Shown here piece by piece: positions 61,692 to 64,000 of a stretch of DNA of 64,000 nt. Each line of letters starts with the position of its first letter. Position 1 is the stretch's first letter. The notes under the pieces were generated by a model. It saw nothing but the letters and a program-made list of their open reading frames with translations, did not search any database and was not told the DNA's origin. The position numbers were made by a program, and so were the translations under genes. Where the stretch lies: the NCBI RefSeq assembly GCF_018350175.1, contig NC_058368.1, positions 71,674,001-71,738,000 on the forward strand. Direction: 5' to 3'. Origin of the DNA: Felis catus (lineage: Eukaryota).

Positions 61692-63951
61692 AAAAATCTG
61701 AAACATAGAAAAGTGGCTGAAAACACAGTGTCTCTATCAGCAAAGACTAGGAAAGGCTCTACCAGACTTGGTGGGGATAATGAGACAAAGGGGGATTCGG
61801 GAGTGTGGAGGGGAGGAGTGGCTGGCAGAGCTGAGGGGGCTGTCCAATGTGAATGGAGCAAGTGGGCGACAGGGCTGGGCATCCACTCACCAGCTCACCA
61901 TGTCCTGCCCTGCTCTGCTTGCTCCTGAGATTACAGCAGGTGGAGCTCAGGGCCAGAGCCTTGTAGGGGAGGAATCAGAGAACTGCCTTACGTTTTGGAA
62001 ATGGGACTTTCCCCGGGGAAGCTAATAACTGAGTGTAAGTCCTTCTCTTTCGAATACAGGTTGCACTGCCTCCGGACCCGCAAGGAACTTGGGAGGCAGA
62101 ATTCAATCATACCATCCATACTCCGTGATGTGAAAACAGTGAGTGGGACTGAAAATAGCAGTGAAAACAGTGAGCGGGACCTGAAAACCAACTCAAAATG
62201 ATGGAGAGTGCAGCTTGAGAGATGGGTGTTTTCAACCACCTACTTTAAACTCCCAAGGGGAAAAAAATGATTATGATCTGTCATGCAAAGCCTATGTGGA
62301 CAGGTGGATACAGTCAGAGGACAAAAAGGACACAAAAGACCACAGCCAAGAATAACTGGCAGGGTCAAGACACTGAGGCTGGATGTGTGGAGAGGGGCAA
62401 CCTCATAGCTTTATATTTTCCAATGACTAAATAAGCTGACAGAGACTGTAGAAGGCCATTCACTTCAGTCTGGAAGCAGGGCCACAGGCCTCATTTTCAT
62501 TTACCCTTGCCTTTTCCTGAAGGGGGTTCAAGTGAACAGGAAAACAGATCCTGGGAAGGTGGGGTGACCTGTAGACAAGAGGTCAACAGAAAACCTTTTT
62601 CCTAATTGATCCATCTGCCTTCTGTCCTAAGGAACTTCAACCTAATGAAAATCTACTCAGATTCTTAAAAGGCTCTCCACAGAAGCCACATTTACCACTG
62701 CTATCTGTGTGCGAACATGAAGTATTTCCAGGTTAACTTTCTTGAAAACATTTCACATGTAACATTAAAGGCCCAAGAATCTCTTTCCATTTTTAAAGCA
62801 AACACAACAAATGTCAAAGGAATGCTACTGAACCAAAAAAGAAAGATCATGTTGCTACTGCTGTTAACACAGTTCCATCCAGACTGGAATATACTTCACC
62901 AATTTCTCAAGAATCAATGTATTAGTTGAAAAGCCATCATACGTTGAAACACTTTTACCTTTGGTATTAGTTTCCAAAGGCTTTATTAAAAAATTTATCT
63001 TCTGTAGAGATGGCTCTTGGAGATAATTTTGTAATTTACAAATGAGTTTAACACAGATGCATATGTCAGAATATGTACATTTGTGAAATGAAGGGGGGGG
63101 GGGAAGGTAAATACTAAAGGAACCAGGGAAAGAATATAAGATGTCTTTAGTTTTTCACCATTCTCTGAGAATAGACCACACTAAAGGAGGCTAATAAATG
63201 TATCAGTTCACACTTGATAGAAGAACTGTTAGTCTTCTGATAGTTTTTTCATTAATCCACCCGAGTAATCTTTAGAAATAGTGAGACGTTTTATTCTATC
63301 TCCTATATTATGTGTCCCACATGTTAAAATCTATCAACATTTAGTATTTTCTTCAAAAAAAAAACTTCTGATGTCTTTGACAGGCATTCAGTATAGGGAA
63401 TAGAGTCTTTAAGGGAGGGATGTGTTAAAATTAATAAAATGATTGATTCTTCATTACAACTTTAGAGTTGTCTTTGATAAAGGCCAACAGATTTAATTTT
63501 TAATTTTATTTAGGAGAAATATGACGAATAAATTATCCTCTGTAATTACAAATGCAGATTTATTTGGCAACTTAAGAACGTGAAGTACCACTGTCTATAA
63601 TGAGCATAAGAGTGAGTAGAAAATGGACTCTCTCCCCCTCTCCCACTTCCCCATTCCGATTGGGTCTTATGGAAAAGCCACAAAATGGTACTCAATGTGC
63701 TATGAGGCTGGGGCAGGTGCACTCTGTCATCCTACTGCTCCCCCTACCAGATCCCCGGGGCCATGTGTATCTTAGGAGTTTTATGATCACCATAGGTGGG
63801 GAGATACTGACCCCAGGAAGAGCTGGACATGCCTAATTGCTAAGTTAACTTTCAGTTTCAGGAAGAAAAGTTACCACCAGTATTCTCTGTACTTGAAGCT
63901 GTTCTGTTCAGCTGTCCCCAACCTCTGCTCTATCAGAAACATGGTGAGTCA

Positions 63952-64000
63952 GGGGGCGCCTGGGTGGCGCAGTCGGTTAAGCGTCCGACTTCAGCCAGGT
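63952..64000 (+). mobile_element. 5' end of a young SINEC_Fc (cut by window edge)
   Basis: ggggcgcctgggtggcgcagtcggttaagcgtccgacttcagccaggt. Confidence 0.9.

Noticed and set aside
1..64000. CRISPR arrays, operons or other prokaryotic-type systems
   Set aside because: Sequence is mammalian intron-exon DNA; no repeat-spacer structure or dense ORFs

Overview
This is mammalian carnivore genomic DNA, very likely felid: it is dense in tRNA-derived Can-SINEs, several with the young cat-type SINEC_Fc sequence. The minus strand carries 13 coding exons forming the 3' two-thirds of TMTC4, the ER protein O-mannosyltransferase with TM and TPR domains. Their CDS runs from 52087 to the stop at 22149. All introns are GT-AG with consistent phases and there are no frameshifts or internal stops; the 5' exons lie beyond 64000. 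A CpG island at about 10.2-10.7 kb holds a strong minus-strand donor and, by remembered mammalian synteny, is probably the non-coding first exon and promoter of GGACT. A candidate second non-coding exon lies at 7354-7527. The rest is intron or intergenic DNA with about 33 Can-SINEs, L1/L2/MIR fragments, MaLR/ERV LTRs, DNA-transposon MITEs and microsatellites; repeat family names and boundaries were assigned by eye and are approximate. I found no convincing new biological system. The best leads are a gap-free 173-bp diverged duplication in a TMTC4 intron, a tailless 5S rRNA retro-fragment with a target-site duplication (TSD), convergent CTCF sites, uORFs in the candidate GGACT exon, long UG tracts at TMTC4 acceptors, an in-frame 51-nt cryptic exon, and a SINE-flanked 330-nt exon block that would be stop-free if circularised.
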